From: Halocafeteria seosinensis
Taxonomy: Eukaryota
DNA: 64,000 nt
Direction of reading: 5' to 3'
Assembly (NCBI GenBank): GCA_001687465.1
Contig: LVLI01000196.1
Span: forward strand, 1 to 64,000
Shown piece by piece: positions 1-11,817 of the stretch; positions within the stretch are counted from its first letter, which is position 1, and each line of letters starts with the position of its first letter. The notes under the pieces are model-generated. The model did not search any database. It was not told where the DNA came from and saw only the letters and a program-made list of their open reading frames with translations. A program made the position numbers and the translations under genes.

Positions 1-1068
1 CCTTTTGTGAGGCCAATAGCAGTGCTCCCACAATATGCCCCCCAGGATCATCTTGTTCCTCACTGTCAGCATCTCCTGCCATCTGTCCCGAGAAAACCTA
101 TTGTCCTCGAGGTTCCGACGCTCCCCAAGAGTGTCCTGCTGGAAATTTCTGCACGAGAAACAGCAGTAGTCCGACAACTTGTCCAGGAGGTACATACTGC
201 CCAAGTAGATCAGCTGCACCGGAGAGTTGTCCGTCAGGTGCCTTTTGTCCTCGGGGTTCTGCAATTCCTCAGGGTTGTCCAAGTGGAAGCTTTTGCTTAA
301 GTAATAGCAGTGCCCCTGATATTTGTCCCGCCGGAACGTTCTGTCCAATGAACAGTAGCTTCCCAATGACGTGTACTACCAATGGAACGTATTGTCCCGA
401 GGGTTCGTCATCTCCAAGCACATGCGCTGAAGGATTCTTCTGTCCTACCACGGCAGAACAACTCATATGTCCGAACGGCTCCTTCTGTGAGGCTGGTATT
501 GAGATTCCAACTCCTTGTCCTGCCAGATTTTATTGCCCCCAAGGTAGCAGCTCTCCTTTAGAGTGCCCGAGTGGCCGGTATTGTCCTCCGGAGTCACCAT
601 CGACCAAGCTTTGTCCCGCCGGACGGTATTGCCCGCCCCTGAGCAGCACTCCAATACCGTGCCCAAACCGGTATTATTGTCCAATTGGCAGCGGGAATAC
701 AACGGGGTGTCCCGCAGGTACCTTTTGTGAGGCCAATAGCAGTGCTCCCACAATATGCCCCCCAGGATCATCTTGTTCCTCACTGTCAGCATCTCCTGCC
801 ATCTGTCCCGAGAAAACCTATTGTCCTCGAGGTTCCGACGCTCCCCAAGAGTGTCCTGCTGGAAATTTCTGCACGAGAAACAGCAGTAGTCCGACAACTT
901 GTCCAGGAGGTACATACTGCCCAAGTAGATCAGCTGCACCGGAGAGTTGTCCGTCAGGTGCCTTTTGTCCTCGGGGTTCTGCAATTCCTCAGGGTTGTCC
1001 AAGTGGAAGCTTTTGCTTAAGTAATAGCAGTACCCCTGATATTTGTCCCGCCGGAACCTTCTGTCCAA
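1..1068 (+). repeat. Intragenic tandem duplication with a 720-bp period, built from ~48-nt units
   Basis: 1..311 is identical to 721..1031. There are only two mismatches up to 348/1068, after which the similarity is diverged. Confidence 0.95.
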
Positions 1069-2978
1069 CAAATAGCAGCGCTCCAACGGAGTGTACAACT
1101 AATGGAACCTACTGCGGGGAAGGCTACAGCGAACCTGTTCTATGTGAAAGCGGTTACTACTGCCCATTTCCGGCTTCGAAAAGGATATGTTCTCCTGGCT
1201 CGTTCTGCCAGGTAGGCTCAGTAGCTCCAGTTGATTGCCCTGGGGGTACATTTTGCGAAGCGGGTGCCTCCAAACCGACTAAGTGCCCTTCCGGCCGGTA
1301 TTGTCCTGATGACAACAATTCAAGGCCCCTGATTTGTCCTGCCGGCCATTACTGCTCCAGTGGCTCAACACAACCCAATCGGTGCTCATCTGGATCTGTA
1401 TCACAGACGGGTAGCGGGAGTTGTCGCCCTTGCCCTGAGGGAGAGACTGTAGATGGTAATTCTACGTGCTCGCCCTGCCCGGAGGGCACCTATAATCCCT
1501 TCAAGGGATCGACAAAATGCCTCAATTGTCCACTTATAAGATCGCGAGGGTCAGTCACATGTGACGTATTCCGGTTTGGCTTTGGGAGACTGCCGACGTA
1601 TATAGTAAGTGGCGTATGCTTCTTGCTGTTTGTGTTGGCACTGGTTGGGCATCGTTGTTGGGAGGATGAGCATGCGAGAACGGACAAGGAACGTGAAGAG
1701 GTGAATCAAGAAACGATGAGACGTGCGCAACGGGACCAAACTCCGGAACAAATTCGAAACAATCCCCCTGCTCTACTCACCACGCTAAAGCACAAACCCA
1801 GTTTTGTCGAAGTGCTCACCACTACGATCAGTGTCGTCGATGTCATAACTGATTTATTGTACTTGTCGACGGAAGCCTTTGTCAACATCTTCATTGGCTA
1901 CGGTTTGATTGGCTCTATGTTTTTCTTCCCCTTCCTCTTCTACGTATGGTGGATTTGGAGGGTTGGGGTGGATTTCATGCGGTTAGAATATATTGGCCAA
2001 GCTGACATTGATCGCGAAGCCGGCCGTCCTCCAGAGCGTGGCTTCTGGTGTGCCTTGTTCGTATTCCGTATCTTTGCAGAAATCTTGAACGGGGAAGGAC
2101 CCCGTGCTAGGTATCAACAATCCGAAAAGAGCTACATACGAGGATGTGCACACTTAGTTGCTGCCGTATTGAAGTGGCTCTGCCATATCTTGCACACAGC
2201 AGTATACGTAATTTTTGTGGTCACGACAACAGTCGTTTTACATGTTATCGGAGCGGCGCTGTTTGTTTGCCAAATTTTTGTCCTAAATACAAAATTCGTT
2301 GAACAATGGAAGAGAATGTTTCGTGTGCCAGAACCTGAAAGGGAGTCAGGTCCCTGGAATCCAGGAGATAAGCCAGGTGGCAAACCGACAGCTACTATTA
2401 TTGAACGTGTTGGCTGCTGTTCCACGAACGCAAAGGAAGAGGACATGGAGACGCAACTCTTTACATGGTGGGGGATGCAGTTCCGGAGGACGGTGGTACC
2501 TCACAGTGGCAAAGAAGTGGATCGCTATTCGTATACTGACTCTGATGGAGAGAAAAAATCAAGATTGTTGGGCGTTTCAGCTTTTACGATTAACAAAAAT
2601 TTCATGCAGTATGCAGAAAAAATGGGAGATAGTCTACCTGCTCTCGCCCTTCAAACATACAACAATCTGTATGTGGGGTTTTCACGTATCGCTATAATAT
2701 CGACAATATTCACAGCATGTTCAATAGTCAACGCCTTGTTAGCATTGGTGAACCTGGCGCGTCACGAGGGGAAACGCTTTTGGCAGATGTGGGAGGGCAC
2801 GTTACTGAATGATATTGGAAGAGATTGCACAGACGTGTTGCGTTGTCGGGGGAGGCGGACCCAGGCAAATGAAGCGCGAGGGAATCACGCCAGTGCTGAA
2901 GATAACCAGTCGCAGCGAACCTCGGAAAATCAGGAGAATGGAGTATCTACAGATGATGTGCACGTCAGTGATGTGTAG
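3..2978 (+). CDS. Cysteine-rich repeat (GCC2/GCC3, ephrin-receptor-like) surface protein with a C-terminal multipass membrane domain; 5'-truncated by the window
   Basis: The frame is open from position 3 (FCEANSSAPTICPP...) into the 348..2978 ORF. It has many ~16-aa CPxGxyCPxGSSxP units and N-x-S sequons, followed by several hydrophobic segments. No introns are evident. Confidence 0.85.
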   Translation, partial: FCEANSSAPTICPPGSSCSSLSASPAICPEKTYCPRGSDAPQECPAGNFCTRNSSSPTTCPGGTYCPSRSAAPESCPSGAFCPRGSAIPQGCPSGSFCLSNSSAPDICPAGTFCPMNSSFPMTCTTNGTYCPEGSSSPSTCAEGFFCPTTAEQLICPNGSFCEAGIEIPTPCPARFYCPQGSSSPLECPSGRYCPPESPSTKLCPAGRYCPPLSSTPIPCPNRYYCPIGSGNTTGCPAGTFCEANSSAPTICPPGSSCSSLSASPAICPEKTYCPRGSDAPQECPAGNFCTRNSSSPTTCPGGTYCPSRSAAPESCPSGAFCPRGSAIPQGCPSGSFCLSNSSTPDICPAGTFCPTNSSAPTECTTNGTYCGEGYSEPVLCESGYYCPFPASKRICSPGSFCQVGSVAPVDCPGGTFCEAGASKPTKCPSGRYCPDDNNSRPLICPAGHYCSSGSTQPNRCSSGSVSQTGSGSCRPCPEGETVDGNSTCSPCPEGTYNPFKGSTKCLNCPLIRSRGSVTCDVFRFGFGRLPTYIVSGVCFLLFVLALVGHRCWEDEHARTDKEREEVNQETMRRAQRDQTPEQIRNNPPALLTTLKHKPSFVEVLTTTISVVDVITDLLYLSTEAFVNIFIGYGLIGSMFFFPFLFYVWWIWRVGVDFMRLEYIGQADIDREAGRPPERGFWCALFVFRIFAEILNGEGPRARYQQSEKSYIRGCAHLVAAVLKWLCHILHTAVYVIFVVTTTVVLHVIGAALFVCQIFVLNTKFVEQWKRMFRVPEPERESGPWNPGDKPGGKPTATIIERVGCCSTNAKEEDMETQLFTWWGMQFRRTVVPHSGKEVDRYSYTDSDGEKKSRLLGVSAFTINKNFMQYAEKMGDSLPALALQTYNNLYVGFSRIAIISTIFTACSIVNALLALVNLARHEGKRFWQMWEGTLLNDIGRDCTDVLRCRGRRTQANEARGNHASAEDNQSQRTSENQENGVSTDDVHVSDV

Positions 2979-3831
2979 ATCCAGTCACGGGGAGGCACAT
3001 ACTGTATGCGACTCTCGAGCCTCTGGGTTTTGGAGGTAAGTTTACGAGTTTAGTTTTTGAGCCTGACAGCTGCGATATGTCCACGCTGGTATTCATGGCA
3101 GCTAGAGACCTGGAGAGTGGTAAGCAATCGTGGGTCGTGATCGCAGAAGTTACCATCTGACGCGAATCACCACATGGAATCGCAGGGCAACACAATGAAC
3201 CAGGAGCTGGGGCTGTAGAGAATTTTCCGTTCCAATAACTGTGCATATTAAATTTATCAGTCTCCGTACGTTGTAGTGGTACAAGTTGTACAAATTCTGT
3301 AGACCAGTAAAATACCGGGTTAGCATTCCGAGTGTCCCATGTATCCGATTGTTCGAACGTCGCTGGAATTGGAATTTGTGATCCACCATGAACGTTCAAT
3401 CTCGATTCTATCAAAGTCTTGTCCCATCTGCTGAGCGTTCTTCCCTACACGTACAATACATGTGCATGTATGCCGCATGATGTGATGGAGTTGGTGTCGT
3501 TCGGTTTCGAAGCTCTTCTACTGTGTAGTTGGGCACACTGTGTTCGACAATCGTTTGTCACAATGGTTGTTCCAGAGTTTGGGGACGAGCTATGCGAGCT
3601 GCTGGGACGACGAAGGTGAAAGAGATGATCTAAAGAAACGGTTTCTCCGAGAATAGCCACCTATTAATAATGTCCGACCATTATTCAAAGATCAACATTT
3701 GTTTGTGTTGTTGGGATTTTCCAGACTCGAGTACCATTACAGGCTGTGTTTTACAGCGCACGTTGAAGAATTGGGAAGATACAAGTATATGCCACGATTC
3801 TGTTCCTTCCTTCTCAGACTATATAGACAGC

Positions 3832-6369
3832 ATGAGTTCATCCTCGTCCAAAAGAGGTGATCTGTCCACTTACATCTTGGACAATGATGTGTCTGTGGCT
3901 TCCCTGGAGGCCAAGGAGGCCTTCGATGGACTGACGTCGAATCAGGCGCATTACGCCTATTACCTATGCCGTGCCTCATGGGAAGGAGCCAAGATTTGTC
4001 TGCTACAATGCAGTGTCGAAAGTGTTCCCATTTTCTTCATGTTCAAATTCATGTATGAACAGCATGGCGTCGACGCCATCAACCAAATCGCCGAGGAATC
4101 CTGTGGCTTCTCCCCAGAAGATATCAAGGCATTTCACACCTATGCATCGACGTTTTTCACCAATATGGGTAATTATACCAGCTTTGGTGATACCAAATTC
4201 GTACCGAATTTGAGCAAGGAGAAATTCATCTCCCTGTGTGATCATTTCGTGGAGACAGCGCAAGATATGCCTCCAGAAGTGACCGCGGAATTGAAGTCTT
4301 CCTGGTGGAAAGACTATGTATTCGACTTGGAGAATCCTCGCCTTCGCCAACTTGGCATGTGCGATGAAGGAGTAAGCTGCTATTACTCCAGCAATGTCAC
4401 CAAAGAAGACGCGTCGTTTTTCCAAGGATTCATGAGTGAACACAAAATTGCCCCCTATAACACAAGACTCTTCAAGTCCTCCACCAAGGATGGGAAAACC
4501 AAATACACCCTTCGAATCGCATCCTCTGAAGGAAAACTCCGTCGGCATGCTCCCGTTGAACTGGAAGAAGGACCGGACGAAGCTGAAAAGAAGATGGGAG
4601 ATATTGAGAGTTCGGAAAAGCATATCTGCGTGCCTCCTGTGGAAGGTACCTATGAGTGGCAAGGCTGTGTAGTTGAGGTTGAATGTGGAGACTACGCACC
4701 TATGATGGCCGGTGTAGTGAAAAACCTCCGTTGTGCACGGCAGTACGCCGAGACCAAGAATGAGGTTAACTTCTTGACTGCCTATGTGACAGCATTCCGC
4801 ACCGGGTCTATACCAGCGCATATAACTGGCTCTAGATACTGGGTCAAGAACAAAGGTCCCATTGTTGAAAACTATATAGGCTTTATCGAAACCTATCGGG
4901 ATCCTATGGGATTCCGTGGTGAATGGGAAGGGTTTGTAGCTGTGGTAAACAAGAAAATGAGCGAAAAGTTTGGAAGGCTCGTAAGCGCAGCAGAAGAGCT
5001 ACTTCCATTGCTTCCCTGGCAATCTGAGCTAGAGAAGGATGAGTTCCTTCAACCCGACTTTACGTCTTTGGACGTACTCGCGTTCGGGAGCAGCATGCTT
5101 CCCATCGGTATCAACATTCCGGTAAGTCGTTGCTCTACGTAGTACGTTGCAGCTGTCCCCTTTTAGGATTTCGTTTGCGTCTTCTCTCTACAGAACTATG
5201 ATCATATTCGTCAAGAAAGTGATGGAGGCTTCAAGAATGTAACGTTAGGCAATGTAATGTCAGCTAGGAATTTTAACGAGCGCGTGACATTCCTCACTGA
5301 AGGCGACCAGTCTCCTTTCCAAAACACGATCCAGAAATGTTTCCAAATTCAAGTTGGACTACATGAGTGTACGTCCGAACCTCGCTTTTGTTTTTCTTTT
5401 ACGACTCTATATGTACCTACCGTCAATGTCACCTGCAGTGTTAGGCCACGGATCCGGGAAACTCCTGCAAGAGAATGAAGATGGTTCCCTCAACTTCTCT
5501 AAGGAACAACTGCATGTGTTTGACAACACGGTTCAAAGCTGGTATAAGCCTTGGCAGACGTGGTATGTCTGAATGGTGTGGTATCCTCGTGTTAGAGATC
5601 TGTAAGAATATGATATTGATTTTTCAGGGATTCTGTGTTTTCTGACATTGCGTCGAGCTACGAAGAGTGCCGGGCAGAGTGTGTAGGAATCTATCTTTGC
5701 TCCCAACCTAAAGTCTTGGATATCTTTGGTTATGATCCAAAGTCTGAGGAAGCAATGGACGTTGTCTACATCAACTGGTTAAATATGGCTCGGGCAGGTC
5801 TCATGGCCCTTTTGTATTATACGCCTGAAAAGAAATTCTGGGGACAAGCACATATGAGGGCTCGCTTTGCAATCCTGCGAGTGATGTTGGAGGCAGGAGA
5901 GGGATTCTGTGAGATCAAAGGTTTTGATGAGAGCGGAAAAACCAACAACTTTTCATCTGAAGACGTTGCTCAAGGAAGAGTTAAAGAGGGTGAAGAGGGA
6001 GTCCATCTCGTGATGAATCGGTCCAAAATTGAGTCTGTAGGGATCCCTGCTGTGGGCTTATTCCTTGAGAAACTGCAGGTGTATAAAAGCACGGCAGACT
6101 ACAAGCGCGGTAAGGAACTTTTTGACTACTACACTACCGTGCCGGATCATTGGCTCCCTCTCCGCGACTTGGTTGTGGCCAAGAGAAAGCCTCGTTCCTT
6201 GATGGTACAACCAGTTCTTGAGAAGGAGAACGATGGAGATGTGAAATACCGATCATTTGATGCCTCGGTGGAATCCATTCCCTCCAGTTACGTGAATTTG
6301 TTCGCATCTGGATTGGATTCCTCGCTCTTCCAGTTTTGGAGCCAAGAAAAGCCCGAACATCTTGTCTAA
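3832..6369 (+). CDS. DPP3: Dipeptidyl peptidase III (peptidase M49); introns 5122-5193, 5369-5438, 5563-5627
   Basis: Motifs GFIETYRDPMGFRGEWEGFVA, DFTSLDVL, GINIP|NYD and EECRAE. The HELLGH zinc motif is rebuilt across the 5369-5438 intron. The start codon is inferred. Confidence 0.95.
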
Positions 6370-6686
6370 GCTTCCATCTGTTTGCTCCGCATGGTCCAGG
6401 ACTGTTGGTACCAGTAGTGTTGCTTTGTTTTCGCTTGCTTGCTTGTCAAACATACACAAACGAATAATTGAATGAGTGGCACCTCCTAGCTGTCCTTCTG
6501 TGAAGCTCCACATGAGCGAGCCATACAACCAATCAAACAAGGGGCTCGAGGGTCTACCATTGGCAGTAGAGGGTCACTGGTTGTGTTGTCCATCTCTTGA
6601 GCAAGATAGAGTGGGGTTTATGGTAATACCTATTTTTCTGTACATAGGTAGAAAAGTAAGGTACAGTATTTGGTCAAATTGTGCCA

Positions 6687-9406
6687 ATGTCGTTGTCGTC
6701 GTCGTCATCGTCGGTCGCAGGTTCCTCCCATTCTCGTCATCATCAGCACGAGGAGGAGCATGGACGAGAACAACAACACCGTTCCGCCGGAGAGGCTTCC
6801 GTGAATAACCGCCGCGTCTGGCCATGGGGAGTTATTGTGCTGGGGAGCATCGTGGCCTTCATTTTGACGGTAGCGATGGTCGTGGAAATGTCGAGCTCGC
6901 AGGTGTCTCTCGGTCCCTACGATACCGTCAGGCAGGAGGAGGAGGAGAAGGGTGCACGTCTGAGCTATACGGGGCGGCGAGCGACGGAGGGGTATGGTAG
7001 CTCCCAATCCGTGCAATCACTGTTGGCGATGTTGGAACAGTTACGCGAAAAAGTGCGCCGGGACTCGCTGAACCCCAAGGACCGCAATAAATTCTTGACA
7101 GTTATTGCGCGAACCCAGACGTTAATCCGAGACAAGGCTGTCAACGAACAAGCTGAGAAGCGATCAAACAGCCCCCAGGAACAAGAAACGGAAGATCGAG
7201 AAACGGTACAAACGTGCTATATTCAACGAGATGAAAGCGAGATATGCGTGTATTCGAATTTGTGCTTTGACGGCGAGAATTTGGTGGCCCTTATGGATGA
7301 TCAGGAAACGCGACAAAGACGAGATTCTCCGCAAGCTGTTCCGATTGGCTCCTCACATCCCGAAGACTGTTTTGATCCGCGCTTTCAGGAACCGTCGTGC
7401 ACAGAATACTCGCAGTGCTCCTTTCATGCCAAGCACTACCGTCCATACCCGCTCCCTTATGAAGCCCGGGATCCCACCATTGATCATCCGCTGCTGTTTG
7501 GATACCGGTTGATGGGTCCAAATGGAGGCGGATATAAGTGGCTGAAGGCACATCCGGATATAATCTTAGGGGACACTCATAGCAACAGTGTTGCTTGTAA
7601 GGCTCCTTTGAAATCGAGAGGAGCCGACTCTAAGAGCTCAATAATAGACGAGCGGTCTCCTGGATGTGGCGGGAAGAGTTCCGTTTCCGCTGAATGGTTA
7701 GATGGACCAGTATGGTGGGTGCACCTGGACAAGGGAGCCTTGTCAAATGAATTTCAGTTTTCGAGTAAGGTTCTTCCGTTGTACGATGCCATGAGGTCGA
7801 ATCGGACAAGAAAAGGGACACGAGCACCCAACCCCTACCAAGTCAAGCTTAGTAAAGGCTCCTACCTATGGCCCGCGTACGAGAATTCAACACAACGTGA
7901 TTTGTTTAAGAGAATGTTCACAGCAGAACGATTTGATAGCGCTGAAGAACCTGAATATGAAGCAGATAAGCGCTACAGATATTCGAATGCTGAAAAGAAG
8001 CGACTCCTTTCGGAAGCGAGACGAAAAGCTCAAAGCAACCGGGAAGAACAAGAACAAGCCGATATGATTAAGTCACGCTACCAAGGGCAACGGATGGTCC
8101 AGTACACGGACGACCATACCACGGATCCTCAGTATCAGTTGAATTCTCGGTATGGACAAGTTGTGATGGGAACACAATGGAGCATGCCAGCCCAAGCGTA
8201 TGTGGCTATCACAGGACCTGGTACTACAGATGTGTCGCGATTGGTTCGAAACAAGACAGACATACCCAGTTTCAACGAGGGAATCTTGCGGCTGAGTACG
8301 CAAGATGACTCCAAGTATTTGTTCCCTGCAGACTTTTCTCGGTATTCCTCAGCAAGGCTGCTGTGCTCTCGCACCGCAGTTGTTACAGGAAAGAAGAACG
8401 CACTGTTTACAGGTAAGACGGACCTTGTATTCGGGCGCTCGCTGAATTCTGATACTACATTTTGTCTTTCCTGAAAACATGCAGGACGAGCCGATGCGTG
8501 GATGTTCAGAGAATATGCTTACAAATTTGCTAGATCGAACCGGATGTCCCACCCTCATCACCCACCTAGGCGAATCACTTTACTGTTAGGAAGAGTATGA
8601 CCCTTGAATAGCTAAATTAGGCCATGGTACCCAACCTTATGTATCTTTCGTTAACTTGTTTCAACCTGCAGCGGAGTCAACGAAAGATCCATAACATTGA
8701 AGAAGTGAAAACGAAAGCAAAAAGTTTCGGTTTGCCGCTCTCAGTAGTGGAAGATACTCAGGCCGGTTTCAAAGGACGAATTCAGCAAATGGCCGAAACT
8801 GGTATTTTAATCGCCCCGCACGGGTCCCCTCTGACTAATTTGATGTTTCTGCCTCAGCATGCGGTGTAAGCAAACAGCTATTCGCTGTCCTCTAATATGT
8901 AGGGTTTTAGTTGTTTCCATGTTTGCAGAGTTATCGAGCTGTTTCCTTACATGCTACGCTCAACTCTATATGCCCGATTGTCGCAACTTTTCAATTTGTT
9001 CTACATCCCTGTTTCAGCGGTATCAAAGCCTCCATACAATCCCCAATTCACGGATGTTGACCATAACCTGCTGTATAATGAACCTTTCGTAAGCGAATGC
9101 GAAGGGCTTAATCGAAGCGCGTTGGACACATCAACAGTTAGTAGTTGTGCCCGCGCTATTCCAAATTATAATGTCAACGTTCCGCTAGACAAACTGGACG
9201 ATGCACTAAACCAAGCAGTGGACCTGGGAGCTAGCTTTTCTATGGACCACGAGGAATGGCGAGAGATAGCCAAAACAAAGCATGGTTTAACGCCGCCTTC
9301 TTATGGAGTGCCTGGAAAACACGAGAGGGCGATTTCATCCTCCTCTAGACTTAAACAACTAGGTAAGCTGTGGATCCGTGATCCAACGGCCGATGGCCGA
9401 GAATAG
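6687..9406 (+). CDS. Type II membrane glycosyltransferase, GT61/DUF563-like; about 3 introns
   Basis: N-terminal TM segment (VWPWGVIVLGSIVAFILTVAMVV), CVYSNLCFD, and a spliced GILIAPHGSPLTNLMFLPQHAVVIELFP matching the GT61 motif. Confidence 0.75.
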
Positions 9407-9468
9407 ACGATACAACGGAGTCAGTGTTTCTGCCATTCTATACGTCTGCAAAAAGTGGAAGACCACAC

Positions 9469-11583
9469 CTACGAGTCTGACCCTGAGGTGATGCCGCAAT
9501 TGCTCATTTGGTCTGTAACATCTTTTAGTGCCTCGTCTAAAAGTAGCAGATCTCGCAATGCCTCTTGGTCTTCCGAAAGGGTTGTCGGCATGGTTTTAGA
9601 AGGCAGCTCATCCCTTGACGGCATGCCCTCGGTATGCTCTACATTAGGTTCAGTGAGAGACCGAGGAGGTTTCTCGATATACCCCAGATCCCGCTGCAAT
9701 TTACCAATTTCATCAGTTGTACTTTTCTTTAGGTATTCGACGTACGACTTCCGCCACTGAGAGCTCGTAAAGTATTTCTTTACTGGAGCCTTCAGTTCAG
9801 GAAGCTCTCTGTGGCAGCTCACGAGTAGTAGCACTTTCACTAATGCACAGACACTTTGGTGTACTCTGCCTTGTTCCGATAAGGCAATGTTACCAAAACA
9901 ACTGGCCGAACGTCTCGATACTATATCGTGGACAAGAACGAGTAAAAGTTCACTGCAAAAACAACCTGCTCTCCCTAAGTAGAGAGGCAACACATGTCGC
10001 GAATTTCCTGGGTATGTCTTATCCTTGTAGTCGACACAAATCACCTTTCTTGATTCCGCCGAATTTTGATCCACGAAAGAAATCTCCAATAGTAAATCCC
10101 GCCGCAAATAGTCGACTAGCAGACTTGAAATCTGACTGTTACCAACAGCTTGGATTCCTTGCCTTATTACCCACCAGCGGCTTCCCGAGTTAAGTTGATT
10201 TACCAGTGAGAACAACACATGGAGTGCCGCATTCCGATATTCGTTTATTTGGAAACAAGATACACTCGATGTTAAGTGTCGAAACACAGTGAGTTCAACA
10301 GCTGCAAGATACAGGACAACTCAATAACGCCTCTACTGCGGCACAACCCAGATCAAACTGCATGCAAACGTACGCTCGGCTCCTTTCGGATCTTGGATTG
10401 ACAATAGATGTGGACGAGTCAACAGCCCCATATTAAAGGAGGAACCAATCTCATGGGGAGGAAACGTAAAGGTATCTGCGTAAGCCGTTCTTTCCCCACT
10501 TTCCCCACAGCTATCGCTCAAATCATCCAGCAACGCTTTCACCAAAAGGCCATAGGACACTGGATCTTCTTCGAACGCAACATAGGCCGTCGATTTCATG
10601 AGCATGCGTAATCGTGCTTTTCGCGCTAAGACAAGTGGCAGCTTTGGATCTGGATAACGCACCGAACCCCACCGAGCCGATAATAGCAATAACACAGCTC
10701 TGCCTCGAGCAAGTACATCAAAGTTTGCATGAATCGAATTTCTCTTCGAGCGGGATGGGACGCTTCCAGAATCGAACACTATGCTTTCGATTTCCCTCAT
10801 CCATCCTCCAGAATCTAACATTTGCCTTGTTACAAACTCGTACGTGTGTTCCACGGCGTTCATTAAAGAGCCAACGCCTTTCCAAAGCATTTCAGGAACT
10901 CTAACCAATACTGCCATACTTGACAATACACACTCCTGGATCAGTGACATAGACAGTTCGTTGTGCACATGGTCCATGGCGCTGAGACTAAGCGTGTTTG
11001 CGAATCGGACAAGATGAGAAGCAAGAGAAAGGTTTGCCAGTAGTGTTACAGGAAGACGGGCATCATTCTTCTTCTCACTAAAATCTGCGTACTCATCTGA
11101 CGTTTTTGCAAAACAAGGAATTCTCTCCATGACAATTGTCTTGTATTGGTCCAAGGCTTGCTGCAGGGCCGAGACATGTCCCTTAGTTTCGCTGCCGATG
11201 AGGAATTTGACGGCCGCCGTGTAAAATGCAATCGGCAGCAAAATATGATCGAAATCGCGCAAAGGCGCCATGGACGCGAACTGTAGCACAACGTATTTGG
11301 GGTCATCCTGTAGCATTCGCGTATAGACTTCCTCCAAAGGCCCAAGGAACTCCAATTCCAGCGATTCCACGTTCCCCTTCCACCGCAGCCCCGCGTTGTT
11401 TGGCTCTTCCCCCATCTCAGAGGTCTGGTCTTTATAGGAGGAAGCATGGTACTGTACGGCCTCCTGAAAGGCTTGATTGACCTCTGGTATCCACGTCTCG
11501 TACGCGTCCACGGACAGTGTTGGGGCACCCTGTAACTTGTCCATTCTCTCGTTTCCTCTCGCCGCCTCGTCGTCGCACACCAT
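9469..11583 (-). CDS. Alpha-helical protein, possibly glomulin/ALF4/Ybp1 family; spliced
   Basis: Two long minus-strand ORFs (416 and 272 aa). The segment YRNAALHVLFSLVNQLNSGSRWWVIRQGIQAVGNSQISSLLVDYLRRDL resembles the glomulin C-terminal helices by eye only. Confidence 0.45.
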
Positions 11584-11678
11584 ATATTCTTACCTACTTT
11601 CCAACAAACACACACACACACCATCATGCCATGATTGGTTGATTGATTGATCCGAATGGACAGCAGATACAATATGTT

Positions 11679-11692
11679 GAAGTTGAAGTTGG
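11679..11692 (+). promoter_or_regulatory. GAAGTTGAAGTTGG element in a divergent promoter
   Basis: The exact 14-mer also occurs at 17484 and 26003, each time between head-to-head genes. Confidence 0.6.
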
Positions 11693-11817
11693 AGCCATGG
11701 ATATCAATTATCCTTGTGTGTTTGCTCTATACAGCACGGCAGCAGCAGCATAGTAAGCTGGGTTAAGCATGCATCATTGTGGTGATAAAGGGTGGACAGC
11801 TATATTGTGTTGTGTGT

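Noticed and set aside
1..1100. Periodic repeats as a CRISPR-like array
   Set aside because: The units are in-frame coding repeats with no constant repeat/unique spacer pattern, and there are no cas genes.
2965..3660. Short ORFs between the Cys-rich gene and DPP3
   Set aside because: No recognisable motifs and no consistent spliced model. A small gene or remnant cannot be excluded.
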